From NCBI RefSeq assembly GCF_006345805.1, contig NC_043010.1, positions 57,288,001 to 57,352,000 of the forward strand: 64,000 nt of DNA, in the 5' to 3' direction. The stretch comes from Octopus sinensis. Taxonomy: Eukaryota. The translations under genes were made by a program, and so were the position numbers. Every line of letters starts with the position of its first letter. Position 1 is the first letter of the stretch. A model generated the notes under the pieces. It was not told the origin of the DNA. It did no database searches and worked only from the letters and a program-made list of their open reading frames with translations. Of the stretch, positions 49,845 through 64,000 are shown piece after piece.

Positions 49845-50738
49845 AATGTTGCAGAGTCTCCCTTTGATTGATGCAAACCCCACCTCTTTGTGTGTTGTAT
49901 CAATTCCTTTGGTATTCTCCTCCATGTTTTGGACCCTTGTGGTCAATAAAAGAAATCACCATCGTCATTGGCAGAAAGGGCAGTTGATTACCTAAATTGC
50001 TAGAGCATTGCACAAAAATAGCTTCTATTTAATTGCAGCCCTCCACATTCTGAGTTCAAATGTTGCTGGGGTTCACTTTTGTCTTTCATCCTTCTGAGGC
50101 CAATGAAACAAAGTACCAGTAAAATGCTGGGGCAGGTTTAATTGGTTGTCTAAATTCCTGACCTTGCATCAGTCTAAGAAATCTCTGTTATTATAATCAC
50201 TTTTGTGATGCTGAAGACTGGGTCGTTGGTATCGTCTATATCACTTCTATAAATCATTTATATTACACTCTTCAAATTCCTTCTACTAAATTAACTTTAA
50301 GATACACATAGATATTTCTTAAAAAAGGAATAAAAACTCACATAATCACACAAACACACACCCAGATAAACAAACACAATCACATACATATACTCCAACA
50401 TAAGCACACACACACACACACACGCATAGAGTAAGATTGTTTTATATCAATTTCGTCATGCTGTCATGGGTGCTGTAGTGTTTTGCCAGTTTTGAATATT
50501 TGCATATTGTGAGAGCAAGTGATTTCACAGTTGGATGCTCTGTTGCTCTTCTCATTGCTAATCAGTCGACCGTGAAATGCGGGTGGTTCCTCCTGTCACC
50601 GAAATACACAGATTCAAGCAAAACTAATATACCTTTACTAAAACTCTGATGGCTATAATCACTTTCTGAACTGTTGACATTTTGGTCAGAAGTTCAGCAA
50701 TTTAATTCCACACACAGAGATTATATACATACCCCTGC

Positions 50739-50780
<42 letters not shown>

Positions 50781-50900
50781 ATATATGCATATATGTATTA
50801 TGTACATATTTGCACATTTATATACATATATATTATATATTTGTGTGTGTGTATATTATAGGCTGAAAGACTAAAAAGAACAATATATATATATATATAT

Positions 50901-50957
<57 letters not shown>

Positions 50958-51161
50958 CTTATATATTTGTGTGTATGCATGTAAGCATATATGTATATAG
51001 ATATTTGGAAAAATGAGTAGAGATGGCTTTTTGGGGTGGGGATAATTTTTATTTTAATCTTAATAATAATGATTACAGTGAATTACTCATATGTAGTTCT
51101 CATTATTTGGGCAGTGTTTGGTCGGTGGATTGTTCAAATGGTAGTTCTGGTGGTTTTGGTG

Positions 51162-51360
51162 TTATCTTTTGTTTCGGTTGGTATTTTTAATAAAGTATTC
51201 TTCCTTGGCCTTACAAAAATGTTCATTTTCTGTCCATAGTTTGAAGACGGAGAATATTTTGAATTTTCTTTTCCCACATTTTTCGAAGTGTTCACTGCAA
51301 GTTGTGTTTCTAACAGAGGAGTTATAGATTTGTTGTTTATGCATCCTTACTCTTTCATAT
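51162..51360 (-). pseudogene. Penelope-like element GIY-YIG endonuclease C-terminal remnant
   Basis: HKQQIYNSSVRNTTCSEHFEKCGKRKFKIF..KAKEEYFIK resembles the PLE pattern HxQQI..SEHF..CG..FKIFPF..KE.YFI. Confidence 0.65.
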
Positions 51361-51917
51361 ATGCATACACATATACATGGATGTATTTTTATAAATTTTG
51401 AGCAATTTCATTCTAGTTATGGTATACAACTGGTCAAAATGCTACCATTGGTTTCATACAAATACACTTACACAACTAATCTCTTTCCTGCATGGCTAAC
51501 ATCAATCCCTGAGAAATAACTGCTTTTTTTACCCTCTTAAAAAAGTGATATGATTTTTGTTCACTATGTTTTGTTCCATTTCATTCTATCACCACCACCA
51601 CCACCACATAGTACCGAATAGTACTTGGTACTATGTGTTTATTTATTTTGGTAGTTTTGACTTTAAGAGTCCCTCCTAGCATGTGGCATTTATCTATAGA
51701 AATGCCCTCAATATAAATAAATGTATTTAAGAGAAAAATTATGAGGTTTTTCACACTAACTACTTGATAAATTCTTATAAGATTTTATCCTATTTTTAAA
51801 TTGTATATATATATATACATATAATAATAATATGAGGGAATATTATTCCAAACTTACAGGGAAAAATTCAATTTAGAAATACTAAATCAAATTTCACAAA
51901 ACATTATATATATATAT

Positions 51918-52243
51918 AAATTAGAAAAAACCCACCTTTTATCAATTCAATAATGAAAGAATTAAATTATACCATTTAGAAGAATTACATCTTATAGAAA
52001 GATTAAATATAAGATAAAACATAAGATAAAACATATACCAATGATTAAATAATGTGCAAAATAATAAATAAAACGTATGTATTTGGTAGAATAACTACAC
52101 GTGTTTCATGGCTATATTACTTAATCATTGTTATATGTTTTATCTTATATTTAATCTTTCTATAAGATGTAATTCTTCTAAATGGTATAATTTAATTTTT
52201 TCATTATTGAATTGATAAAAGGTGGGTTTTTTTTCGAATTTAT
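51918..52243. repeat. ~125-bp inverted repeat with ~60-bp spacer, flanked by TA/TC tracts
   Basis: 51918-52053 is the reverse complement of 52115-52243, with about 4-5 substitutions and a 12-bp duplication. Confidence 0.9.
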
Positions 52244-52273
52244 CTCTCTCTCTCTCTCTCTCCTCTCTCTCTC

Positions 52274-52323
<50 letters not shown>

Positions 52324-52640
52324 TATATATAATATATATATATATCCATGCATGTGTGTGTGTTTATGCCTGCTTGTCTTGACCCTGCATAATAGTTGTA
52401 AGAAGATTGTTATTGTCATAGAAACAGTATCATCCATTTCTGATATTCCACAAAAACATGTCTGGCAATGGGGAAATATTACTTTGTTTGGAAACAGGTG
52501 ACAGTTGGTGACAGGAAAGGCATCCAGTCATCAAATATCTGCCTCCCTCAGTACACCTCTTCTGACCTATGCATGCATGGAAAAGTGGATGTTAAAATCA
52601 TGATGACCATGATGATAATAATACACACACACACGTATAT

Positions 52641-53627
52641 ATCATCATCATCATCATTTAACTTCCATTGTCCATGCTGGCATGGGTTGGACAGTTTGAC
52701 TGGGGACTAGCAAGCCAGTAGGCTGCGCCAGGATCCAGTCTGATTTGCAATGGTTTTCTATGACTGGATGCCCTTCCTAACACCAACCACTCTGAGAGTG
52801 TAATGGGTGCTTTATGGGTCTTATCAAGCATGACATGATGCCAAAGGTGTTGGTCATTGCCTCCGTGAGGCCCAACACTCGAAAAGAATTTAGCCACTTT
52901 GCCTCCATGAGGTCCAACACTTGAAAGGTATTCAGCCACTTCGCCTCCATCAGGCCCAACATTCAAAAGTTGATTTTTTTACATGCTACAAGCACAGGTG
53001 TACTTAGCTTGATGAGTCCTCTTAAGCAGAGCACACTGCCAAAGGTCTTGGTCACTAGTCATGGCTTCTGTGAGGTTCAAAATTTGTAGGTCATGCTTCA
53101 CCAACTCGTCCTATGTATTGCTGGGTCTACTTCTACCACAGATCAGTAGTTCTTGACACAGCTGTCTTCATCCTTACCAGCGCAGTCGTCTCTCTTGCAC
53201 ACCACATATGATGCCTCTTATGCCTAACTTTTCTCTCAAGATGCTTACACTTTGTCAAACATGCACACTGACATTGCACATCCAGCGAAGCATACTGGCT
53301 TCATTTCTCTCAAGCCTGTGCATGTCCTTGGCTGTTATAGCCCATGTTTTACTGCCATGCAGCATAGCTATTTGCACACAGGCATCAAACAATCTACCTT
53401 TCACTCTGAGAGAGAGGCCCTTTGTTGCCAGCAGGGGTAGGAGCTTTCTGAACTTTGCCCAGCTTAATCTTATTCTCACGGCTACGCTCTCAGAGCATCC
53501 ACCTCCACTATTAAACTGGTCACCTAGATACTGAAAGCTATCTACTACCTCTGGCTTGCACCTCTGCCAGTTGATGGATTTTATTTTCTGTGCATTTTCA
53601 GCTTTTATTGTACCCATGCACCGTCCA
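52641..53627 (-). mobile_element. 5'-truncated RTE LINE
   Basis: ORF 53255-53722: VVDSFQYLGD..SWAKFRKLLPLL..KGRLFDACVQ..LRWMCNV; (CAT)n tail at 52641. Confidence 0.85.
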
Positions 53628-53724
53628 TATACACATACAAGCAGACACACACACACACATGCACGTGCACACACACACGTGCATGCACACACACACACAT
53701 GCACATGTGCACACACACACAATC

Positions 53725-54030
53725 TTTATTATTATATTTTTTATTCTATCGGTCTCTTTTGCTGAACCACTAAGTTACAGGGACATAAACAAACTAGCAT
53801 CAGTTGTCAAGCAATGGTGGGGGCACACATACAGACATACAGACAGACACACACACACACACATATATGATGAGTTTCTTTCAGTTTCCATCTACCAAAT
53901 GCATTCACAAGGCTTTGGGCAGCCTGAGGCTATAATAGAAGACACATGCCCAAGATGCCCCGCAGTGGGACTGAACCTGGAACCATGTGGTTGGGAAGCA
54001 AACTCCCTACCACCCAGCCATGCCTGCACC
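53725..54030 (-). mobile_element. CORE-type SINE copy
   Basis: Reverse complement of the 2562-2972 family. Confidence 0.75.
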
Positions 54031-54328
54031 TCTAATAATAATGAACTTTAAAAACCTGCAAATGTACTTCTAACCAAAGTGTTAAATGTGATACTTTTAA
54101 TAAGGAATATCAGGATTGTGTGTGGAGGTGAGTGGGACACAACCTTCACTTCACCAATTTACCATACACACACAGATATATCTATATCTCTATCTATCTA
54201 TATATATATACATGTAGGTACATATATAAATACATACATACACTTATGATTATATATACACACACACACAGCAGGCATGCATATATGTGTATATACAGGT
54301 ATATATATAAGCACATATATGTATGATA

Positions 54329-54372
<44 letters not shown>

Positions 54373-54435
54373 AATATACGCACACACACATACATATATA
54401 TACGTCTTCATATATATATATATACACAGACATAC

Positions 54436-54472
<37 letters not shown>

Positions 54473-54473
54473 G

Positions 54474-54504
<31 letters not shown>

Positions 54505-55356
54505 TCTGTACATATATATATATATATAGGTATGCCAATTATGTACAGCTCAACCTTGACTCTATCAATCCAGTAAGAAGATTATCTCCTGTTCTTAGTG
54601 CAGTATTTAACATTTATCAACTTTTGTATCCATCCGTGCCATTGTTAATCCCCGTGTCACTAATCCGTGACACCCAATCCGTGGAGAGCAGAGAACAGTG
54701 ATAAGGAATGTTTATCTTTCATGTATATCTCTCACCTCGTAGTCATCACACACTGAAGGCTTCTATATTTCTAAACCATCATTATCATAACCATCATTGT
54801 AATTATCATCAGCATAATCCTCCACCTTCTCATCATCATTATCATCATCATCATCATAATAATCATCATCATAATCATCATCATCATCGTCATCATCATG
54901 ATCACGGTCATCATCATCATCATTGCTGTCATCGTCATCATTGTCATCGTTGTCATTGTCATCATCATCACCACCACCTCTTCTTCCTCCTCCTCCTCCT
55001 CTACCACCACCACCACCACCACCACCACCACATGTGATGGGTGGTGGTGGATTAGCAGAATCAGTGGAGCATCCCCTAAAATGCTTCGCTCTATTTGTTC
55101 CGACTCTTGACATTCAGCCTGAATCCTGCCAAAGTCAACTTTGCGTTTCCTTCTTCCGGTCTTGATAAAACAGAAGTTTCTGTCAAGTGCTGCACTTGAT
55201 TTAATTAACGAAAGACTCACCCACCCCACTCAACACTTCTGGCACTTTGCCTATACAATGTAACTATATTCATACAGACATGTACATACATACACACACA
55301 TATATATGCACACACACACACACTCATGTATATACATACATACATACATACATACA

Positions 55357-55428
<72 letters not shown>

Positions 55429-55603
55429 TGAAATAGAAAGATGAATAATCTTGTTGCTGATTAATCAAAAGTTTAACCGATACTTGGTAGCAAAAATCAC
55501 AGCAGAAGACAGCACGGTTGGAGGTACAATCATATGGTGTTGCAACCGTGCGTTGGTGCGGATAATATAAAACTAATAATATATATATATATATATATAT
55601 ATA

Positions 55604-56030
55604 ATTACATACATACAAACACATATATGCTTACATATACATATACATACATACAAATACATTCATATATGCATATACACATACATACATATTCATACAT
55701 AAACATACATATGCACATGTATATACACACATACATACATATACATATACACATACACATACATATGTATATATATACATATACAAATGTATACATACAT
55801 ATACATACATATATACATGTATATATACATATACATATACATATATCTACATACATATACATACAAACATATTCATACATACATACATATATGCATGCAT
55901 ACATGCACACATACATACGTACATATATACATACATACATACATGCATGCATACATGCATACATACATACACACACATACATACATACATATATGCATAC
56001 ATACATACACACACATACATACATACATAT
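55604..56030. repeat. (TACA)n/(TA)n compound microsatellite
   Basis: Directly visible. Confidence 0.9.
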
Positions 56031-56840
56031 GGCACCTGTAACAAAACACATGTCACTAAAGAATATTACAACCGAATAATGAAAATGTCGACCTCAGAAC
56101 TTTCTGCGTTCAATAAAACAGTGGCCCACGATGTGTTTGCAGTGCCAGTACTCATACCAACATTTGGGCTGCTTGATTGGACACTTGATGAGATCTGAGC
56201 CATTGATGTGCAAACCCGAAAAGGGACACAGACCACCCAACCTAAAAAGAAAACAAGGAGGCAGAGGCTTAACATCGATCCAAAATGCCTTTCAATGTCG
56301 CAGCATATCCCTTCAGCAACATCTTTTAACCACCAAGTGTCAAAATGCATCCCTTGACCAAGTTTGCTTAGATGAGGCTGATAACATCACAAGACTTGGA
56401 AGGCAGCTCCTTGAGCAACATTCCTTATCTGATAACCTTAAATACATAAGCAAATAAGTCGCATGACCCTACTGCAATGTATCATCAGATGAAAAGACGA
56501 GCCTATATGAGCAGAAGACTATGCATGGACATGTTAGTAGAAAGCTCCATGATGAGAGTAACATTGATCATCAAAGCAATCTATCATGGACCAATAGCCG
56601 GATTACTACCTCCCACTTTGAAGGATGTGCGTTTGAAATCCAGGAACAGGAAATATCAACCAAGTACCTGATGTACAAAAGGGATAGAGATGCAGGAAGA
56701 GCAGTAAAATGTGACAACTGATGCAGACTTTGTAGAGTTAACACCGAAGATATCAGCCACATCATAAGCAGTTGTCTGAAAATGTCATCTCAGTATTATC
56801 TATCGATGAGTTTAAATATATATGAGCATGTCTAGATATG
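56030..56840 (+). pseudogene. R4-clade LINE fragment lacking the endonuclease segment
   Basis: FAVPVLIPTFGLLDW, KQGGRGL, MHGHV, FEIQEQEISTKYL and CRLCRVNTEDISHIISSC; bounded by (TACA)n. Confidence 0.75.
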
Positions 56841-57779
56841 TAACTAATGCATGAGAATACATACATAAAGCAAAACATACAAATCTGCACATATACATAC
56901 ATACATACATACATACATACGTACATACATACATACATACATACATACAAAAATACTCTGTTGTCAAGGTTGAAATTCCAATGAAGGAGCCTTGGATCTA
57001 GGTTAGAAACCAACTCTTTCTCTATTGGCAAGAAATCATGAAATAAACTGAATAACGACATACATGTATGACATCAAACATTGCCTTATATAACAGCAGA
57101 TTGTTTTACATCATAAAATGTAATATTCTTCTTCTTTGGGAGGCTGTAACCTGGGCGTGTCTTCCATTGCTGCTTTCCACCCACTTTATGTTGTATCTTC
57201 CTACTTACAACATCAACGTAGGTGATTAACCTGTGTCTTCTAGTAGAGTGAGGAGAGAAGTCTCGAAAATACAACATCTGGCATTGAGCAACCACTTTCT
57301 AAATGAGTGGGAAGTGTACATAAATCTTAATTTTTGGTCCTCTACTCATGCCATGACATATTTTGGGCCCCAATGAAAATCCGCATGTATTCAATATCAA
57401 GTTCCTTCTTTCCAGTCTGGATTTTGACTCCCTGGAAATTAATCCTGAAAACAAAAGCCCTGAGGCAGACTAGGATTTGTTGATTTGAAATATTGCATTG
57501 CCCACTCTTTGGAACCTTGTTGCAGACATTGCAGGCCTCTCCCCGGAGCATAAACAAGTCTTTCTTACTGTCAGCAATATAGAACTTAACATAGTTGGAG
57601 CCACCGGTCACTTTGAGTTGTGAACCATCAGAGGGTATTCAATGAGATACGATTTAAAGTACATAGCATTACGTAACGCTACATGTAACATGTAGGTAAT
57701 GTTTCATATCATATTTTATATAACAATGCATATTACAGCACACATTGTGTAACAAACTGTACTACACATGACTCTGTAG

Positions 57780-58080
57780 CTGACTCTCATGAAGATTCCT
57801 GTTGAGCCAATCAATGGAACTGCCTCCTCATGAAATTGACATGCATGTGGCCGAGTACTCCACAGACACGTGTACCCTCAACATAGTTCTCTCACTGTGA
57901 CACAAACTGTGACAAGGCTGGCCCTTTCAATTACATCTTATTTTTGCTAGCTGAGTGGACAGGAACAACATGAAATAAAGTATCTTGCTCAAGGACACGA
58001 CACACCATCAGGAATTGAACTCACAACCCTACAACTGTGAGTCAAATGCTCTAACCACTAAGTCGCATGCTTTCTCATTG
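57780..58080 (-). mobile_element. tRNA-derived SINE (third family)
   Basis: Minus head GACTTAGTGGTTAGAGCA..GAGTTCAATTCC, then TGTCCTTGAGCAAGATACTT. Confidence 0.65.
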
Positions 58081-59121
58081 CTTTGTAAGACTCCAAGTAT
58101 AGTAATACCTAATGAAATGCGCTGATAGGAAGTGGCCCCTGTTAGTGGACCCTGTGCTATGTCGATGGTGCAGCTTGAAGCATTAACTCCTTCATTAATA
58201 GTGCAGGAATCATTTAGTAGTTGCAAGTGTCATAGTTGTGATGCAGTGAAGTGCATGCCAGGCCAGGTGCCTCACAATAGTTTTGTTGCCATCAGCGAAT
58301 ATGATGGATGTCTGCTGTGTCACAGTGATGGGACCGAAGTGAATGGGTGGGGTTGATGACATGTCATAGAAATATGACTGATGTAGGGGCCAGAAAACAA
58401 ACACACACACTCACACTAACACTACTATACTACACACACACGCATCCAGAGACATAATGGCAGGTACACACACATACACACATACATGCACAAACACACA
58501 CAGACACTCACACATACACAAGCATACACAAACATTCACACTCATGCACACACAAACACACACATGCACAAATACACTCACGCACCGATACATACCCAAA
58601 GAGGCATAATGGCAGGTACACACACACACACACACACACAAACACACACATGCACAAACACACACAGACACGCAGACAGACCGACAGACAGACAGACCGA
58701 CAGGTGATAATGATGGCAATGAGGAAGAGATGTCAATATGTAAATAATGTTCATTGTTAATGAGAGATTGGTGCCAGATAAGGGTTGGTGGTGGGTGGGA
58801 GGGTGGACAGATGGCGGGGGGGATGTGGAGATAATCTAGTTTAACAGTGACTTAACACACTCCCCCTCGCTCCCCTTCTCTCCCCGGAACTGATAATATC
58901 TTCGATGCTGTGGCGTGTGGCATGACTGGATGCTACATGACAATAATAATATCGGTTGAGCACCTTAGTCAATAATTGGTAGAAAAGCATGAAGGGGGGG
59001 AGTGGTTGGGCAGAGACGAGGAGGAGGAGGAAGAGGAAGAGGAGGAGGCAGGAGATATTGATGTCTGATTCTATTTGGATATGAATACATACCTGTAAAT
59101 GTGTGAGTATATGAGTGTGCA

Positions 59122-59152
<31 letters not shown>

Positions 59153-59432
59153 TGTGTGTGTGTGTGTTTATTTGAATTTCCCAACAGGGAAGTATTCAGA
59201 ACCAAACGAGTGTGTAATTACTTTTATTACACTGATGAGTTTACTCAATGTTGAGTTTTGCTTCTCTGAGTAAGATCAGTGAGGGATCAAGAAACTCAGG
59301 GAAGCGAGAGAGAGAGGAATCTCAGAACCATTACACACACACACACACACACACACACATGCGCACAAATACACACATATACACACACATGGAAGGTGGA
59401 CATTAAACACTGATGATGACAATACACACACG

Positions 59433-59469
<37 letters not shown>

Positions 59470-59984
59470 CTCATCCGACAACAGGCACCTATGCCAACCC
59501 CCCTTTGCTTGCGAAGACCTGTTGGGGCAAGTGAAATCGAAATCGGAATTGAAATTGAACCAATCCTATGACTGGCACCCGGCAGATGCCAGGACCCCTG
59601 GACTGGAGATATGTAAAAAGCACTATCCCAATTGTGGCCGATGCCAGCGCCACCTCGACTGGCTTCCGCGTCGGTGGCACGTAAAAAGCACCATCCGAAT
59701 CGTGGCCGAAGCCAGTGCCGCCTCGTCTGGTTTCCGTGCCGGTGGCACATAAAATGCACCAATCCGACCGTGGCTGATGCCAGCCTCGCCTGGCACCAGT
59801 GCAGGTGGCACGTAAAAAGCACCCACTACACTCACGGAGTGGTTGACGTTAGGAAGGGCATCCAGCTGTAGAAACATTGCCAGATAAGACCGGAGCCTGG
59901 TGCAGCCTTCTGGCTTCCCAGATCCCCGGTTGAACCGTCCAACCCATGCGGACGTTAAACGATGATGATGATGATGATGATGAT
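59470..59984 (+). mobile_element. RTE 3'UTR fragment with (GAT)n tail
   Basis: Aligns with 49025-49844 (single unit). Confidence 0.85.
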
Positions 59985-60167
59985 ATATATATATATTATA
60001 TATATAATATATATATTATATATATATATATGGCCTGCTCGCTTAACCAGCGGGGTGGCTTCATTCGAAGGCTAAAACAATGCGAACGCATTGTGACCAG
60101 CGATGTGTAGCAACTTCTGATGGTCTGGTCGGTCACGTGATCACATGATATATATATATATATATAT

Positions 60168-60535
60168 ACTCTTTTACTCTTTTACTCTTTTACTTGTTTC
60201 AGTCATTTGACTGTGGCCATGCTGGAGCACCACCTTTAATCGAGCAAATCGACTTATTCTTTGTAAGCCTAGTACTTATTCTATCAGTCTCTTATGCCGA
60301 ACCCCTAAGTTATGGGGATGTAAACACACCAGCATCGGTTGTCAAGCGATTTTGGGGGGACAAACACAGACACACAAACGTATACACACACACACACACA
60401 CATATATATACATATATACGACAGGCTTCTTTCAGTTTCCATTCACAAAGCTTTGGTCGGCCTGAGGCTATAGTAGAAGACACTTGCCCAAGGTGCCACA
60501 CAGTGGGACTGAACCCAGAACCATGTGGTTTATAA
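60168..60535 (-). mobile_element. CORE-type SINE copy
   Basis: Reverse complement of the 2562-2972 family. Confidence 0.8.
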
Positions 60536-60548
60536 GCATGTGGTTCAT

Positions 60549-61575
60549 AATTAACCTTACTCTAATTAAACTATGCCTATATATATATATACACACATTA
60601 GAGGAAAAAGACATCAAAAACCACAGCAGAGTATCTCATGATAATAGTTTAATTAGAGTAAGGTTAATTTGAAGTCTTACAGCTGTTTCTGGGATATCCC
60701 AAGTGATAGGTTAGCATCTCCAAACACTGGGTATTCCATCATCAGAGACAAAGTGAGAATGTATGAAGTTCCAGACAAGGAAATTCACAGTTTATAAAAG
60801 AATAAACTCGAAGAATAAAGAGTAAAAGTGTAGAGAATAATATAGACAGGCGAATAAAGTTCACAATTCATCTTTTTCCGGAAGGCACGGAAGTTGGTCT
60901 GTACTTCTGTGAAGGTGAAGGCCCTCAGGTATAATCCCAGGTAAATCTAGGCAGTATTTTGAATGGTGCATTCATGTAGATATAAGTGGTCACCTAGTGT
61001 ACAAATGGTCCAGGTGGGTAGAGAGAAGTGGGTTGTGAGTGTGTGGAGAGAAGAGAGAAAAGAAGAGAGAGAGAGAGAGAGTAAAGACAAGAATGGGATG
61101 GGTGTTGGGGAAAGAATGAATGGGAGTGAAAGTAAAGGAAAATCAAAATCAAAATAAAAAACAAAAAGAAAAGGAATAAAAAGAATAAAGAGATCAGGTG
61201 CCAGTATTCTTCTTCTTAAGTGTAAGGTTCAGAGTGAGAGGTCAGGTGTTAAAGGTTTTGGTAAGTGGAAGAGGAAGGTATTTATTGATTAAATAGGTTA
61301 GGTGTGGTCAGTGGTCAGTAGGAATAGTTAAAAATAAATGCCTAGGTTAAGGGGATATATGTAGGATAAAACTACAATTAAATGGATAAAGGATACAGAT
61401 TAAAGAATTAAAGTTTTAAAAATTAAAATTAAAATTAACCCAGTGTACAGACATGCTAGCCGATCACTTGGGATATCCCAGAAACAGCTGTAAGACTACT
61501 TCGAATTAACCTTAAGCCAATTAAATTATTCTAAATGACTTGATTTTTGTTGTCCTTTTCCCTCTAATAAATACC
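60549..61575. mobile_element. Penelope-like insertion with inverted pseudo-LTRs
   Basis: 60595-60729 is an inverted homolog of 61440-61570. There is an extra perfect 26-bp inverted copy, 60549-60574 vs 60644-60669. It contains a hammerhead motif. Confidence 0.65.
60674..60749 (-). ncRNA. Minimal type-I hammerhead ribozyme with intact core
   Basis: gtct CTGATGA tggaatacccagtg...cacttgggatatccca GAAAC agct GTA agac. Stem I gtct/agac is perfect, stem III acagctgt is palindromic, and the cleavage triplet is GUA. Confidence 0.75.
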
Positions 61576-61718
61576 TACATGGCAGCCTATTACAGATCCC
61601 TAGCTCCAGCCTCAACTGTGAACTGGGAACCTAATGGATGACCAATTATAGCATTTACACTGCATACCTCTTTGCTTAGATCACCAGTGAACTAGGACAC
61701 TCGTATCCTTTATATGTA

Positions 61719-62682
<964 letters not shown>

Positions 62683-63239
62683 ATATATGTATACATATAC
62701 AGGTGCATGCACACATGTATAAATCAAATTAGGAACCCAAAACCAAACCATTTTTAATACATGTAACACTAAAATCATGGTGGAGATATTTTTTGCTTGG
62801 TAATTTTATATAAAGCTTGTCTTCTTCAGAAATGTTATATTTTATATCTGTTATTATATTTATATATTCATCATCATATATTGTATTTATTATCTATGTT
62901 ATCATATATTTTTCTCATTTTATTAAAATTGTTAAAAAAGAAAAAGATTATCCAAAATGTCCACTTGTTGTGCATTTCATCTTCATTAAAATTTACCATT
63001 AACAATCTGCTCTGTTTCCATTTTTATTTTTCCCCCTTTCAGTTTATAAACCTGTCTGCTATACATTATTATGGGCATAAAATCTCTTTCTTATTTCTTT
63101 CAAATCTTTATGTAAGAAGTTTCTGGTTTCTCACAAAGATACAAAACACCATTACTGCAGTTTAGATAACAGCAACAACAACAATTTACTGGCTGCATTT
63201 GAGGAAGATCTTGTATATTCTCACTCAGATGCATATGAG

Positions 63240-63262
63240 TGCATGCATGTAATGTGTGTGTG

Positions 63263-63294
<32 letters not shown>

Positions 63295-63675
63295 TGTATG
63301 TATGTATGTATGTATGTATGCATATATGTGTGTGTGTATGTACGTATGTATGTATGTGTGTATTTATGTATGTATGTATGTATGTATGTATGTATGAATG
63401 TATGTATGTATGTATGTACGTGTGTGTATGTATGTCTGTGTGTGTGTTTGTATGCATGTATGCATGCATGTATGTACACATGCATGTATGTATGTGTATG
63501 TATGTATGCATGTATGTATGCATGTATGTATGTATGTATGTATGTATGTATGTATGCATTCATGGATGCATGTATGTATGTATGTATTATGTATGCATGT
63601 ACATATGTGTGTATGTATGTATGAATGCATTCATGTATGTATGTGTATGTATGCACACATGTATGTATGTATGGA
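63240..63675. repeat. (TATG)n compound microsatellite
   Basis: Directly visible. Confidence 0.95.
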
Positions 63676-64000
63676 TACAGTTTTGAGTTAAAGAAACCAT
63701 GGCAAATGCCAGGAAAGCGTTCAGTCTTGAATCGGTGATGCCTCACAAGCAGTGCCAAACCAGTTGTGCCAAAGTGTCTTCTAGTTGACACACAATGGCT
63801 GAAAGAAAACTAAAAGGAAACCTTTCATCATGGATCTCCTAGATCAGGACTGACTGTGGTTTGTAATGATTTGGTCTAGGGAATGGTGTTCTGCCCATGG
63901 CCATCACAACTCCTCCCAGTCAAGTGATATTCACAGCTTTTGTCAATATACATCGCTGAAAGATTTTCATACATACATACATCTACAGTTACTCTATTCA

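Noticed and set aside
51605-51637. Perfect 11-bp hairpin CACATAGTACC/GGTACTATGTG
   Set aside because: It is an isolated small palindrome with no context linking it to a function.
57086-57611. Two minus-strand ORFs (69 and 89 aa) of ordinary composition
   Set aside because: No recognisable domain, splice pattern or TE motif; left unassigned.
59232-59300. CTGATGAG followed by a hairpin
   Set aside because: There is no correctly placed GAAAC and no stem I or III.
60031-60148. HDV-like ribozyme fold on the minus strand of the 118-bp module
   Set aside because: The P1/P3/P4 order is suggestive, but the P1.1 (YCC/GG) pairing is missing, P2 is weak and J4/2 is too long.

Overview
AT-rich, microsatellite-dense animal genomic DNA, most likely Octopus (inferred from the protocadherin type and the SINE/RTE repeat families). 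There is one recognisable host gene, a minus-strand protocadherin. It has a large coding exon (8564-10942: signal peptide, 6 cadherin repeats, TM), a second cytoplasmic exon (6519-6774) with an internal 78-bp duplication ending in a YEEIP motif, and a candidate terminal micro-exon (1123-1148). The rest is transposon debris: RTE LINE 3' ends with (GAT)n tails, R4/Dong-type LINEs, tRNA-derived SINEs of two main families, Tc1/mariner remnants, a solo LTR with a 4-bp TSD, and Penelope-like (PLE) fragments. Several unrelated PLE-like families carry minimal type-I hammerhead ribozyme motifs with palindromic stem III. The best is at 60674-60749(-); others are at 7187-7242(-), which is sense within the protocadherin intron, and 16465-16515(+). 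They usually sit in tail-out inverted pairs. Other features are a 14-bp minisatellite born inside a transposase codon run, near-perfect 100-150 bp foldbacks, and nested insertions. All calls were made by eye; TE boundaries are approximate.
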